Below, one piece after another: positions 1 through 9,060 of a stretch of DNA of 64,000 bases. Position 1 is the stretch's first letter. Each line of letters begins with the position of its first letter. The translations under genes were made by a program, and so were the position numbers. The notes beneath the pieces were generated by a model, which saw nothing but the letters and a program-made list of their open reading frames with translations, did not search any database and was not told the DNA's origin. This DNA is from a virus, in the IMG/VR virus record IMGVR_UViG_3300028867_000005, positions 1 through 64,000 of that record; one strand, given 5' to 3'.

Positions 1-411
1 GAAATACTCGGCATCGCCAACTGAACAGCACACAACGAGATCCGCCTCGCGGTAGGCTTTGCGCTCGCACCGGGCGGTGTACTCGGTCCAGGAATCGCTG
101 CAATAGTCCGGCTGGCGCCCCAGGCGCTCGAGCTGCACGCGTACTTCGATATGATGCGACGAGTACACCAACTTTGCCGCGTTGTTGTGCTGCTTGATCA
201 GCCACTGGGCAGTGTGTACTAGCCAGGGAAACTCAAACATGATGGCATCGAAGGGGTAATCGGTCGATTGCAGCACGTCGCCATTGTTCATCACCACGTC
301 ATGCACGTCATGGCCGGCGCGGCGCAGCTGGTCGCCAAGGTGGTAGCAGCGCTGCTGACCGCCGTTGGTGCGAGCCCCCATGCCAAAGGGGAGTAAGCGC
401 AGGATGTTCAT
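1..411 (-). CDS. Glycosyltransferase family 4 (GT-B) protein, N-terminal part; runs off the left edge
   Basis: Not in the ORF track. Manual translation from ATG at 411 (ATGA overlap with the upstream stop) gives MNILRLLPFGMGARTNGGQQRCYHLGDQLRRAGHDVH...ERKAYREADLVVCCSVGDAEYF, a typical GT4 N-terminal pattern. Confidence 0.7.
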   Translation of the reverse strand, partial: MNILRLLPFGMGARTNGGQQRCYHLGDQLRRAGHDVHDVVMNNGDVLQSTDYPFDAIMFEFPWLVHTAQWLIKQHNNAAKLVYSSHHIEVRVQLERLGRQPDYCSDSWTEYTARCERKAYREADLVVCCSVGDAEYF

Positions 412-614
412 TCGGCCTCAGCAGCTGATATCAGCAGGTTGTTGATTACGTCGGTATTGGTGGCGCCCCAGGCGGAGCCGCGCAGGCGCTCCAGGGCTGC
501 ACTTGCATTCGGGTGGACCCTGACATGCAGGGTGATGATGCCTACAGCACGCTGGCGCTGGCGACGTTCACGGTCACGCTCCGCGCGGGGCTTGTCGGAT
601 GCTTTACGGCCCAT
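408..614 (-). CDS. Small basic putative DNA-binding (ribbon-helix-helix-like) protein
   Basis: 68 aa, Arg-rich N-terminus followed by a strand-helix-helix pattern; translationally coupled to both neighbours. Confidence 0.5.
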   Translation of the reverse strand: MGRKASDKPRAERDRERRQRQRAVGIITLHVRVHPNASAALERLRGSAWGATNTDVINNLLISAAEAE

Positions 615-1731
615 TTATAAAGACTCCTTTTCCAGCTCGATCAAAAGCCGCTCGCCAATCCAGCGCATGACAGGTATAGCCATACTATTCCCGATTGCCT
701 TGTATCTGGCGGTATCTGGAACAATCGCTGGCTGCTGGCTGCTGGCTGCTGGCTGCTGGCTGCTGGTACATGGTCCAGTTATCAGGAAAACCCTGAATCC
801 TTTCCCCCTCGCGGGGTGTTATATAGCGCAGCCGACCATCCTGTATTACTGCCGGGAATCTGTTTTTTTCAGGAAGTGTCTGTTTTTTGAAAAGGACAGC
901 ATCCAGCGTTTGGCTTATTTGCCCTCCGTCCCACCAGCAAGAATCCATACTGCGCGGGTCTTCAGGCTGACTATATTCTTTGCCTCGAACCGGCGCCGTA
1001 TCCCTGCGAGAGCCCTCAAACTCAAAAATGACCCGGACTGGGCTGAAACCTTCTCGAGCACTGGCGATAACGAAGATACGGTTGCGCCGTTGTGGTACGC
1101 CGAAATGTTCGGCATTGAGCACCCTCCATGCGACTGCTCTTTGGGGTCCAAACACACAACCAGCGTCTGGCCAATTAGGAATGTGCTTGCTGGTGTCTTT
1201 GTTCCAGCGCCAGTATTTACTGGATTGGCCAGCAGCAGGCTGTGGCTCGGGTCCGAGCTCGGTGTCTTCTCCAGCAAGAGCTGCCAAAAAGCATCCGAAG
1301 GCATTATCTGTGCTGGTGAGGACGCCAGGGACGTTTTCCCAGCAGATGACACATTCTGGCTTTCCGTGTTTGCGCCGAACAGAGTCAATTGCATTCGCTA
1401 TCTCCACAAATGAAAGGGTAAGGCCGCCGCGGGCGTCACTAAGACCCTCCCGGAGCCCGCCAAGGCTGAATGCCTGGCAAGGCGTACCGCCAACAAGCAC
1501 AGGCGGGGCGGATATAGATTCGGCATGTATCATTGCCGAAAGCTTTGTCATGTCACCATGGTTTTTGGTGGCAGGAAAACGGTGCCTTAATATCCCAGCC
1601 GGGCCCGGCTCTATTTCAGCGAACCACGCTGCATGCCATCCCAACGGACCCCATGCCACACTGGCAGCTTCTATCCCGCTACATATACTGCCAAACTTGA
1701 TTTCTTCCACAGGATTCACCATATAACACAC
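615..1731 (-). CDS. DNA (cytosine-5) methyltransferase, frameshifted near the 3' end at a heptamer repeat (motif X out of frame)
   Basis: Motifs FGSICSGIEA (I), GGTPCQAFS (IV), WENVPG (VI), QRRNRIF (VIII) and TPREGERIQGFPD (IX). The ORF stops at 685, but the adjacent frame encodes IVPDTARYKAIGNSMAIPVMRWIGERL (motif X), ending at TAA 615-617 immediately before the next ATG. Confidence 0.9.
727..766. repeat. Simple sequence repeat (GCTGGCT)x5 plus GCTGG inside the C5 methyltransferase gene
   Basis: Perfect 7-nt tandem repeat read directly from the sequence. Confidence 0.97.
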
Positions 1732-1773
1732 CGTACATACAGTTATAGCACAAATAACGCACCGTACAGTGCG

Positions 1774-2337
1774 CTATTTGCCAGCCCACTGCTTAAAAAC
1801 GGTCGCTGCCTTGGCAAACTGCTCAGGAGTGAGCACGATGAATTCGCCGTCGGGCTTCTGGAATGCCACCTGCTGCACCCCGGTATAGACGATGCGCGGG
1901 GGCTGCCCGGTGGCGCCGGCCGTGGCGAACGGCTCCAGCGCCTCACGGAACTGGCGTACTGCCAGGGCAGCATCCCACAGCATCCCGGAATCCATACCAG
2001 GGTGGTTATTCTTTATGGCCGCGTGCACCAACTGGGCGATGATGGTCTGGTGCAGGCCGGACCCGGCGGCGCCGTCGGCGCGAACCATGATCTTGCCTTT
2101 GCCATTGCACTTGTTGCAGGTGGCCATCACCCCCATGCCTCCATGGTAGCGCTCACCTGCGCCATCGCAGCGGTTGCATGCCTTCTCTTCATAGACCGTG
2201 CCATCGTCTTTCAGGCTGGCCATGGACTTCAGGGTATTGCCGACCGTCTCCAGGTCACTGGCAATGGTGTGCAGGTGAGCCGCCCGGAGCTCGGCGGCGT
2301 GCTTCAGCAGGGTGTTTCCGGCTATTTCAAGGTCCAT
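1774..2337 (-). CDS. Hypothetical protein with DnaJ-type zinc finger
   Basis: CNRCDGAG...CNKCNGKG (CxxCxGxG twice). Confidence 0.6.
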   Translation of the reverse strand: MDLEIAGNTLLKHAAELRAAHLHTIASDLETVGNTLKSMASLKDDGTVYEEKACNRCDGAGERYHGGMGVMATCNKCNGKGKIMVRADGAAGSGLHQTIIAQLVHAAIKNNHPGMDSGMLWDAALAVRQFREALEPFATAGATGQPPRIVYTGVQQVAFQKPDGEFIVLTPEQFAKAATVFKQWAGK

Positions 2338-2524
2338 GGTTGCTATCCAAAAAGGTATGTACAGTCGTTTTATTCGTCAGCCGGGGCCCGGTGGCGGCTG
2401 GAGTAGAGCCGGTTGCGCCGGCAATGCTCGCAGCTGCCATTGTGCTGGCAGGCCGTGGAGTGGTACTGGTGCTGGCCATCACGGATGGTCTGGCTTGTTT
2501 TGCGCTTGCGGCGCAGTGTCCTGC

Positions 2525-2710
2525 TCATGGTGGTGGATCTCCTGTTGTCGGCAGCGCTTTGACGGCCAGCGCCAGCTGCACCTGGTCGCGCAGCCAGCGC
2601 GTGCCGCCCAGGGCGATGAAGGCCGCCCATTCGGCATCGGTGGCGCGGATACTGCGCTGGCGCCGGATTTCAGTGACCGGGGGCCGGCCGCGGTGGGGTT
2701 TATGTTCCAT
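2525..2710 (-). CDS. Small DNA-binding protein (AT-hook-like RGRP plus RHH-like region)
   Basis: MEHKPHRGRPPVTEIRRQRSIRATDAEWAAFIALGGTRWLR; overlaps the stop of the upstream gene. Confidence 0.45.
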   Translation of the reverse strand: MEHKPHRGRPPVTEIRRQRSIRATDAEWAAFIALGGTRWLRDQVQLALAVKALPTTGDPPP

Positions 2711-4055
2711 CGGGCAGATCCTCGTCGAAGGGAGCGCCCAACTCGGTGCCGGTGCGCAGGAAACTGTCCATGGCGAGGCGCTCGAGGTCATTCATGCCGC
2801 CCTGCATCAATTTGGCCTGCTCAATCGACAGAGCGGTTTTGGCTGATGGCTTCTTTTCATGGCCACCTTGCTGAAACCAGTCGGAGGGAAAGGGCGCGTT
2901 CCATTCCTCGTCGGCGGCGATGGTGCCGATACCAGATGCGGCTTCAATATCATCCACCATGGCAGCCTTCAGCCGACCGTACTCCATAACCGTATCACGA
3001 TCACCGGCCATGATGCTGCGAACCTGGTCAGCCGTGATTGGCTGCGCCGGCCGTGCAGCCTGCTGATTCCACTGCTCAGCGGTCAGTCCGCCGCAGGGCG
3101 CCTCGAGCGGAGCGCTGGTGCTGAGGTGACCCAACTCCTGCAAATCCTTGATGGTGAGCCCGTGGCGCGTGGCATCGAAAACCGAATCAAGTTCATGCGA
3201 TGGCACAGGGGCATGCTGGACGCTGAGACGCTTGGCGCGGCCACCGTACTCCTGCAATAAGACAGCATGTGACCTTGCCAGCCGACCGTACTCCCCCACT
3301 ATATCAAACTCACACGCCATGATATCGCGCACCTGCTCAGTCGTGAACGGCTGATCTAGTGGCGATGTATGCAAGAGGGCCTGCGTCAACAGCTTGCGCG
3401 CAATGCGGCTCCGCTCCGGGTCCGACCGATCGTCCTCGGCAATCATGGCCAGGGTGGCCTCGTCCAGCTCGATCAGGTCTTCTTCATGGTCCATGTGGAC
3501 CGGGGCCAACTGGCGGTTGGCGCTGTCATCATATGGCTTTCCGACAGGCCACTTCCAGTGATCAACATCACTCTGGAGGCTTGCAGCCAGAAACGGTTTA
3601 CCTGTCGAGAGGGAGTACCCCTTCACCACCTTTACCTCCAACTCGGGATTCTCGATCAGGTGACTGTTCATTTCGCGCAGGGCGGCATTCTCTTCGCGCA
3701 GCAGGCCGTTTTCGTGCAACAGGGTGTCGTACTTGAGCTCGGTCTGGTGGCGCTCCTGCTCCGCCCTGATGGCGCGCTCCAGCAGAGGATTCAGCAGGAG
3801 TTGGCGCCAGCGCGGGGCAATGTGGCTGATCGGCATACCCACGCAGGCGTTCCAGCAGGCCACCAGCCTCTCCGCCATATCAGCGTGCTCTGCCATCGCC
3901 AGGGTGCCCAGCCATGAATCAAACTCGTCGCCAATATCAGACGACTCCAGCACCAGCAGGTGGCGGACGGGAAAGGTGGTAGTGGCTTTGGCCAGGGTGT
4001 GGATTTTCAGGCGCTGATCGGTGGGTGGCGTTCCCAATGCGGTATTCTTTGTCAT
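2700..4055 (-). CDS. Phage hypothetical protein with coiled coil and an internally duplicated motif
   Basis: Long ORF; GGAGAG SD before ATG at 4055; T.EQVR.IMA...V.EYGRL occurs twice. Confidence 0.7.
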   Translation of the reverse strand: MTKNTALGTPPTDQRLKIHTLAKATTTFPVRHLLVLESSDIGDEFDSWLGTLAMAEHADMAERLVACWNACVGMPISHIAPRWRQLLLNPLLERAIRAEQERHQTELKYDTLLHENGLLREENAALREMNSHLIENPELEVKVVKGYSLSTGKPFLAASLQSDVDHWKWPVGKPYDDSANRQLAPVHMDHEEDLIELDEATLAMIAEDDRSDPERSRIARKLLTQALLHTSPLDQPFTTEQVRDIMACEFDIVGEYGRLARSHAVLLQEYGGRAKRLSVQHAPVPSHELDSVFDATRHGLTIKDLQELGHLSTSAPLEAPCGGLTAEQWNQQAARPAQPITADQVRSIMAGDRDTVMEYGRLKAAMVDDIEAASGIGTIAADEEWNAPFPSDWFQQGGHEKKPSAKTALSIEQAKLMQGGMNDLERLAMDSFLRTGTELGAPFDEDLPDGT

Positions 4056-4158
4056 GCTTTCTCTCCAGGCGCCCCATGCGCCAATCGGAGTTATTGTAAA
4101 CACATTAAATGCAATCGGCTATGGTATTTGCTCTTTTTTTAATATGCTTGCCGTATGG

Positions 4159-4347
4159 TCAGGGGATATCAATGGTGTCGTCGTTCAGTGCGGCATCTGC
4201 TAGCGCCTGACCAATCCCTTTTGCTGCATTGCCATTCCCGAGCTGTTTGGCTATCTCCCATTGATGATCGGACAAATACACACAGCGGGGCTTTCCTGCT
4301 CGCTCCCGGAGGGTGCGGCGGTCAATCTTTGGTGTGGCGTCTGGCAT
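4159..4347 (-). CDS. Small CopG/RHH-like regulator
   Basis: 62 aa; GGAGG SD; RCVYLSDHQWEIAKQLGNGNAAKGIGQAL pattern. Confidence 0.5.
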   Translation of the reverse strand: MPDATPKIDRRTLRERAGKPRCVYLSDHQWEIAKQLGNGNAAKGIGQALADAALNDDTIDIP

Positions 4348-4362
4348 GGCTGTTTTTCCTCC

Positions 4363-4890
4363 TGTGGATAACTTTTATTGGCACGCTACATGCTACGCGC
4401 GCGCATGTGACTGGTGTTTTTTGGGTTACCGCTAAAAAAAAGCACAATTCCATATATATCAATGCCTTATCGGTAACCTTGAGGTAACCTTAATACCCAC
4501 ATAGGTTACCTGTGTATTTTCTTGTCTGCATGACCCTGTTTTCAGGGGTAACTGAGGTAACCAAAATCGCTTTCTAGGTTACCTTTAAGGTTCCCGCGCA
4601 AGCTGATGAAATACATAAGGAAAGTGACGTTTTTTTGGTGAGGTAACCGGGTAACCCGGAAAACACTATATTATAGAGAAAATACACCCCATGTATAAGA
4701 TCATGTATATATATATTTCCCTGTATTTTTCTCTCTTATACTTATATATCTTGGTTACCTTGGTTACCTATATATAAAGGGATATGAATCAATGGTTTAG
4801 CGGTAACTTTTAAAGGTTACCTTTGGGTTACCAGGTTACCGCGTTGATTTCAAAGAATAAATCGAAGTTTTTGGTTCCACGGTTCCACGG
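4363..4890. promoter_or_regulatory. Origin-like locus: DnaA box, two IHF sites, 13 GGTWACC repeats, AT-rich core
   Basis: TGTGGATAA at 4363-4371; WATCAANNNNTTR matches at 4457-4469 and 4787-4799; GGTTACC/GGTAACC at 4424, 4472, 4483, 4504, 4556, 4577, 4642, 4650, 4753, 4762, 4815, 4826 and 4834; TA-rich tract at about 4660-4790; non-coding and between divergent gene blocks. Confidence 0.7.
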
Positions 4891-5046
4891 AGCGAAAAAT
4901 GAGCCGACGAACGGTATAAAATGCAGTTTTTATTACCAGATATTGCGCAAACGCTGGGTTTCAGGGATATTTGCATACATCGAGCAGGGCCACCGGCCAG
5001 GGCCTGCTCAAGAATAACGGCCGGGTGATCTTAAAAGAGCAAATCC

Positions 5047-5712
5047 ATGCAAGGTCCAGCGTCAGGGGTGGAGTATTTCTCCATGCCGGAGTTGCCAGGT
5101 AAGGTCTTTTTCCGGTGCGATAAGCACCGCGCCAGTTTGTCCCTCGATTCCTGTAAAACGATGTACCAGGCCGGGCGTAAGGCCACTGAGGTCGATGATC
5201 GGCTGCACCCCTGCAATCGGTGTGTGATCGGTGCGGCGCATTGTGGGGTTTCGATAGGCGCATCGAAGAATACGGCTGCAAGTAAGGCGTGCTCACGTTG
5301 CCATCGCACACCCCCGCGACTTTTGAACGGATCTATATGCGTGAGCTGTTATAACCGGGAGCTTGAACTTGCCCATGGTCATAACTCCCGAGGCAAACTG
5401 CCAGGGAAGATCCGCCCGCTGCATCCCGTCATCCTGCACCTGCTGGACCTGGATGGTGAGCCCAAGACCATAGAATTTACAGTGCCCCGTGCGGTTGACA
5501 CCATGGAGGCCATCCTGACCGCCATCAAGCGCCAGCCTGGGGCCGTGTTCGGGTGGTTGGGGCACAAACCCACCCCCTACCAAGCAAGGCAGCTCCAGCT
5601 AGATTATGGCCAGCCCAGCAACTCTCTCGCAAATATCGCACGCAAATTGCAAATACGTCGCAACTCTCGCAAATCGCAAATCGCACGCACGCAATTGGAG
5701 CTGGGGCTATGA
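5047..5712 (+). CDS. Cys-rich (zinc-finger) phage protein
   Basis: Several CxxC pairs (CNRC, CSRC, CVSC). Confidence 0.65.
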   Translation: MQGPASGVEYFSMPELPGKVFFRCDKHRASLSLDSCKTMYQAGRKATEVDDRLHPCNRCVIGAAHCGVSIGASKNTAASKACSRCHRTPPRLLNGSICVSCYNRELELAHGHNSRGKLPGKIRPLHPVILHLLDLDGEPKTIEFTVPRAVDTMEAILTAIKRQPGAVFGWLGHKPTPYQARQLQLDYGQPSNSLANIARKLQIRRNSRKSQIARTQLELGL

Positions 5713-6002
5713 GTTGGGAACTGCTCGACCATGTGTGCCGCCAGTGCTTCGGCCGTATCCTGTACAACACCACCACCACGGAGCACCGCTGCGCAGACTG
5801 CGGCGCCAGGGCTGGCAAGGGCTCCAGCGTGGACAGCCTGTGTGCCTGCGGGGCCCTGCTGACGCCACCCAAGCCCAAGAAGGAGAACCGCGCCGACGCC
5901 GATCTGCCGCGGCCGGCCCCCGTCCAGATTTTGCGCTGCGCTCGCAATTATGCAAAAAGTCCAGATTTCCCCGCTGAGGTCATTGCGGAGCAGGTGCGGT
6001 AG
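5709..6002 (+). CDS. Zinc-ribbon phage protein
   Basis: ATGA overlap; MSWELLDHVCRQCFGR...CADC...CACG. Confidence 0.6.
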   Translation: MSWELLDHVCRQCFGRILYNTTTTEHRCADCGARAGKGSSVDSLCACGALLTPPKPKKENRADADLPRPAPVQILRCARNYAKSPDFPAEVIAEQVR

Positions 6003-6016
6003 CTGGTAGTCTTTAC

Positions 6017-6026
6017 TCAAATTTGA
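6017..6026. promoter_or_regulatory. Palindromic operator-like site TCAAATTTGA (copy 1 of 3)
   Basis: Same palindrome at 18531-18540 and 29156-29165, each just upstream of a gene block. Confidence 0.55.
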
Positions 6027-6047
6027 TTATGTATTCAGGGGCACGAG

Positions 6048-6497
6048 ATGAGCGATACGAAGGGCCAGCAGGCGCCGGTATGGGACCATATTGATTCGCT
6101 GGCGTCGGTGTTGGGCATGGACCCAATCAGCAACACCGACGCCAGTATCTGTAAGGCGGCCATCCAGACCATTCAGGATTCGGACAGCGCTATCTGCAAG
6201 CTGGGCGACGAGTTGGCTGCTGTCGGCGAGCAGGCCCGCTACCTTGCCACCATCACCGGCGGCGAAGTGGTCTATGCCCGCGGTGGAGCGCCGGCTGTGA
6301 TGGCCTACGCGGGCACCTCCATCCGTATGCTTCAGGCTCAGGTGCGTGAGCTCAACGCCCATGTGGACCGTGATGCCGACCTGATGGATGCCCGCGCCCT
6401 GCTGCGCCGGGTGGACCACCATCTGTGGCTGTCGGTCATGATGATCATCACCGTTGCTGGCGCTGCCATGTGGGCAGCCGCACACCTGGGGCATTGA
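6048..6497 (+). CDS. Hypothetical protein with C-terminal transmembrane helix
   Basis: 149-aa ORF with hydrophobic C-terminus. Confidence 0.6.
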   Translation: MSDTKGQQAPVWDHIDSLASVLGMDPISNTDASICKAAIQTIQDSDSAICKLGDELAAVGEQARYLATITGGEVVYARGGAPAVMAYAGTSIRMLQAQVRELNAHVDRDADLMDARALLRRVDHHLWLSVMMIITVAGAAMWAAAHLGH

Positions 6498-6500
6498 GCC

Positions 6501-6908
6501 ATGGCCGTGATGGTGTTTTTGGAGCGCACCCCTAGAGCTGATCTGGAGCCGGTGACCGTGCTCGACATTATGCCGCCCTACTTCCCTTGCGATGGGCACC
6601 AGTTCGTGCTGAAGACACTGGCCGCCTTCTCGTCGTTTTCTGTGAACGTGCAAAACCCATGGGATTCGACCGCCGTGGTCGATGTGTTGGTGACGTGCAT
6701 CAAGGCGCCAATGCTCCGCCCCGACGGTCGCCACTTGATGGATTTGCAGTCGGTCATCATCAATCGTGAGTTATTGGCCAATGCCATGAAGCCCATGCGG
6801 GAAGATGGCCGCCCTATCGGCTACAACGATGCAATGCATAGAATCACAACAACAACACGCTTCTGCGCCGCACTGATGGCGCATTTTTCGAGGATGCAAC
6901 CAGCATGA
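6501..6908 (+). CDS. Hypothetical protein
   Basis: ORF tightly packed within the operon. Confidence 0.55.
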   Translation: MAVMVFLERTPRADLEPVTVLDIMPPYFPCDGHQFVLKTLAAFSSFSVNVQNPWDSTAVVDVLVTCIKAPMLRPDGRHLMDLQSVIINRELLANAMKPMREDGRPIGYNDAMHRITTTTRFCAALMAHFSRMQPA

Positions 6909-7058
6909 AAGCCACCCTTCCCGGTCTTACAGATCCAGAGTTTGAACAGCGCGTGCGCACCTACCATCGCCAGCGCATCGTCCGTGACGCCATGCGCTGG
7001 GCGCTGGTGGTGTTTATCATTGCGGCCGCCCTCCACCATTTTGCGGATGCCCTGAACC

Positions 7059-7346
7059 ATGTTTAAGGTGAAATTCAAATACGAGGGCAGTGTCTCGGTC
7101 AATGGCGTGCCATTCCAGCCTGTAAAGACCATGGAGGTTTGCTTCAGCCTGGAGGCGGGGGTGGGGGTGAACATCAATGGCGCCGGCTGGAAGTTCGGCA
7201 GCGTCCCTCGTCAGGCAAAGGGAGCCACCCCAGGGTTATCCATTGCCATGGTTGGCGAACTGGCCGACCTGGTATGCGATTGCGTCAAGGTGACGTTTTC
7301 GGGCGAGCTGATGTTGCTGGCGGATGTGAGGGTTCCCTTGGTATGA
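7059..7346 (+). CDS. Hypothetical protein
   Basis: ORF within the operon; ATGA overlap with the next gene. Confidence 0.55.
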   Translation: MFKVKFKYEGSVSVNGVPFQPVKTMEVCFSLEAGVGVNINGAGWKFGSVPRQAKGATPGLSIAMVGELADLVCDCVKVTFSGELMLLADVRVPLV

Positions 7347-7897
7347 AAAAGCGCAAACTGTGCCGGCCTGCGCCGGGCATGATCATATCCGTGCTTCGCC
7401 AAGAGGCGACAAACCGCAAGCTATGGGATGAGCTCCAGCGCTACCGCGCCAGCGACAAGGCAAACCGGGAGCTGGCATGCTACCTGCGCAGCAAGCTGTT
7501 TCACTTAGAGAGCCGGGTGGACCAGGCCCTCCATGTGTTTGGCCGCTTCAGCGCTCTGCAAGACCCTATTGACATGGCTCCGGTAGGCACCAAACCGCCT
7601 GAGCGCATACAAATCGGTGTACCTTTTGGCATTGAACAAAGGTTCACTTCCACGTCAGATCCGCTGCATGAGCCTGGCCTGACCGTTAAGGTCGAAATGC
7701 TGGAGCGGCTTTCGGTTAAATTTTTGCCGTCAAAAAATTGTTTAGGCAGAAACTTGCTCATGCGCTATGGCGAAGGGCAGGTATCTGCCTATTTCGATCA
7801 GGCCGCCTTCGACCTGAAACACCATGACGACATCGTGAAGGTCATCCTGCCCGATCTGCTGCGGCAGATGGTGGAAAAGCTGAGAGAGTACCGGTGA
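7343..7897 (+). CDS. Hypothetical protein
   Basis: ATG at 7343 overlaps the previous stop; its stop overlaps the next start. Confidence 0.6.
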   Translation: MKKRKLCRPAPGMIISVLRQEATNRKLWDELQRYRASDKANRELACYLRSKLFHLESRVDQALHVFGRFSALQDPIDMAPVGTKPPERIQIGVPFGIEQRFTSTSDPLHEPGLTVKVEMLERLSVKFLPSKNCLGRNLLMRYGEGQVSAYFDQAAFDLKHHDDIVKVILPDLLRQMVEKLREYR

Positions 7898-9060
7898 AAA
7901 TTACAACAGACACTGACAGCCAGTTTATCAGCGACCGCGCCACGCTGCTGCAGACCGATTGCCTGCTGGCGCTGCGCAACATGCCGGATAATCACGTCGA
8001 CAGCATCGTAGTGGACCCGCCCTACGGCCTGCGCTTCATGGGCCGCAAGTGGGATTACGCCGTCCCTGCGGTAGAGGTCTGGGCGGAGTGCCTGCGGGTA
8101 CTGAAGCCGGGCGGATACCTGTTGTGCTTCGCCGGCACGCGGACCCAGCACCGCATGACCTGCAACATCGAGGATGCTGGTTTCGAGATCCGCGACATGA
8201 TTGCCTGGGTATACGGGAGCGGCTTCCCGAAGTCCGTCAACCTGTCGGCCGCCTTGGGCGCCAAGGTGGACTATGCCGACCGCCAGCACCTGGAGGACTG
8301 GGGTACTGCGCTGAAGCCAGCCATGGAGCCGATTACCATGGCGCGCAAGCCCTTGATCGGGACCATTGCTGAAAACTGGATGGAGCATGGCACCGGCGCC
8401 CTGAATATCGGCGGATGCCGCATCGAAACCAATGGCGAGGCCCTGCGCGTGGGCGCCGAGGCTGGCCGCTGGCCGGCAAACCTGGTTCATGATGGCAGTG
8501 ACGAGGTGGTGGCGCACTTCCCGGACGAGGCTGGGCAGGCTGGGCAGTTGAATACTAGAAATTCAGATAAGCACCGCAATACCTATGGTGCTTTTGCTGG
8601 AGACGAAGACGCAAATTTCACTCCGCATGATGAGCGAGGTAATGCTGCACGCTTTTTCTACGCAGCCAAGGCCAGCGTGATGGACCGCGAGGAAGGGCTC
8701 GAGCTGTTCATGCGCCGGCCGCTGGCCTACGGTAATCAGGCCCAGGCGGAAGTGGCCCGCGGTAACATCGAGCACGCCGGCCTGTCGGGCATGAATACCG
8801 TGAAGATGCGCGCGAACATCCACCCCACTGTCAAGCCGACCAGTCTCATGCGCTGGCTGTGCCGGCTGGTAACGCCACCGGGCGGCCTGGTGCTGGACCC
8901 GTACGCAGGCAGCGGGAGTACCGGCAAAGCGGCCATGCTCGAGGGGTTTCGGTTCATCGGCATGGAATTGGAGAAAGAATACTTCCTGGTGGCTGTCGGT
9001 CGGGTGAAGTTCGGGTGGTATAACTGGCTGGCCGAGAATGCGCAGGGGAGTTTGTTTTGA
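7894..9060 (+). CDS. DNA N4-cytosine/N6-adenine methyltransferase (beta class)
   Basis: DPPY catalytic motif near the N-terminus; HPTVKP and LDPYAGSGSTG SAM-binding motif near the C-terminus. Confidence 0.92.
   Translation: MKITTDTDSQFISDRATLLQTDCLLALRNMPDNHVDSIVVDPPYGLRFMGRKWDYAVPAVEVWAECLRVLKPGGYLLCFAGTRTQHRMTCNIEDAGFEIRDMIAWVYGSGFPKSVNLSAALGAKVDYADRQHLEDWGTALKPAMEPITMARKPLIGTIAENWMEHGTGALNIGGCRIETNGEALRVGAEAGRWPANLVHDGSDEVVAHFPDEAGQAGQLNTRNSDKHRNTYGAFAGDEDANFTPHDERGNAARFFYAAKASVMDREEGLELFMRRPLAYGNQAQAEVARGNIEHAGLSGMNTVKMRANIHPTVKPTSLMRWLCRLVTPPGGLVLDPYAGSGSTGKAAMLEGFRFIGMELEKEYFLVAVGRVKFGWYNWLAENAQGSLF

Noticed and set aside
798-820. CCCCCTCGCGGGG hairpin resembling a CRISPR repeat
   Set aside because: It encodes the conserved TPREGER motif IX of the methyltransferase and lacks repeat length and handle
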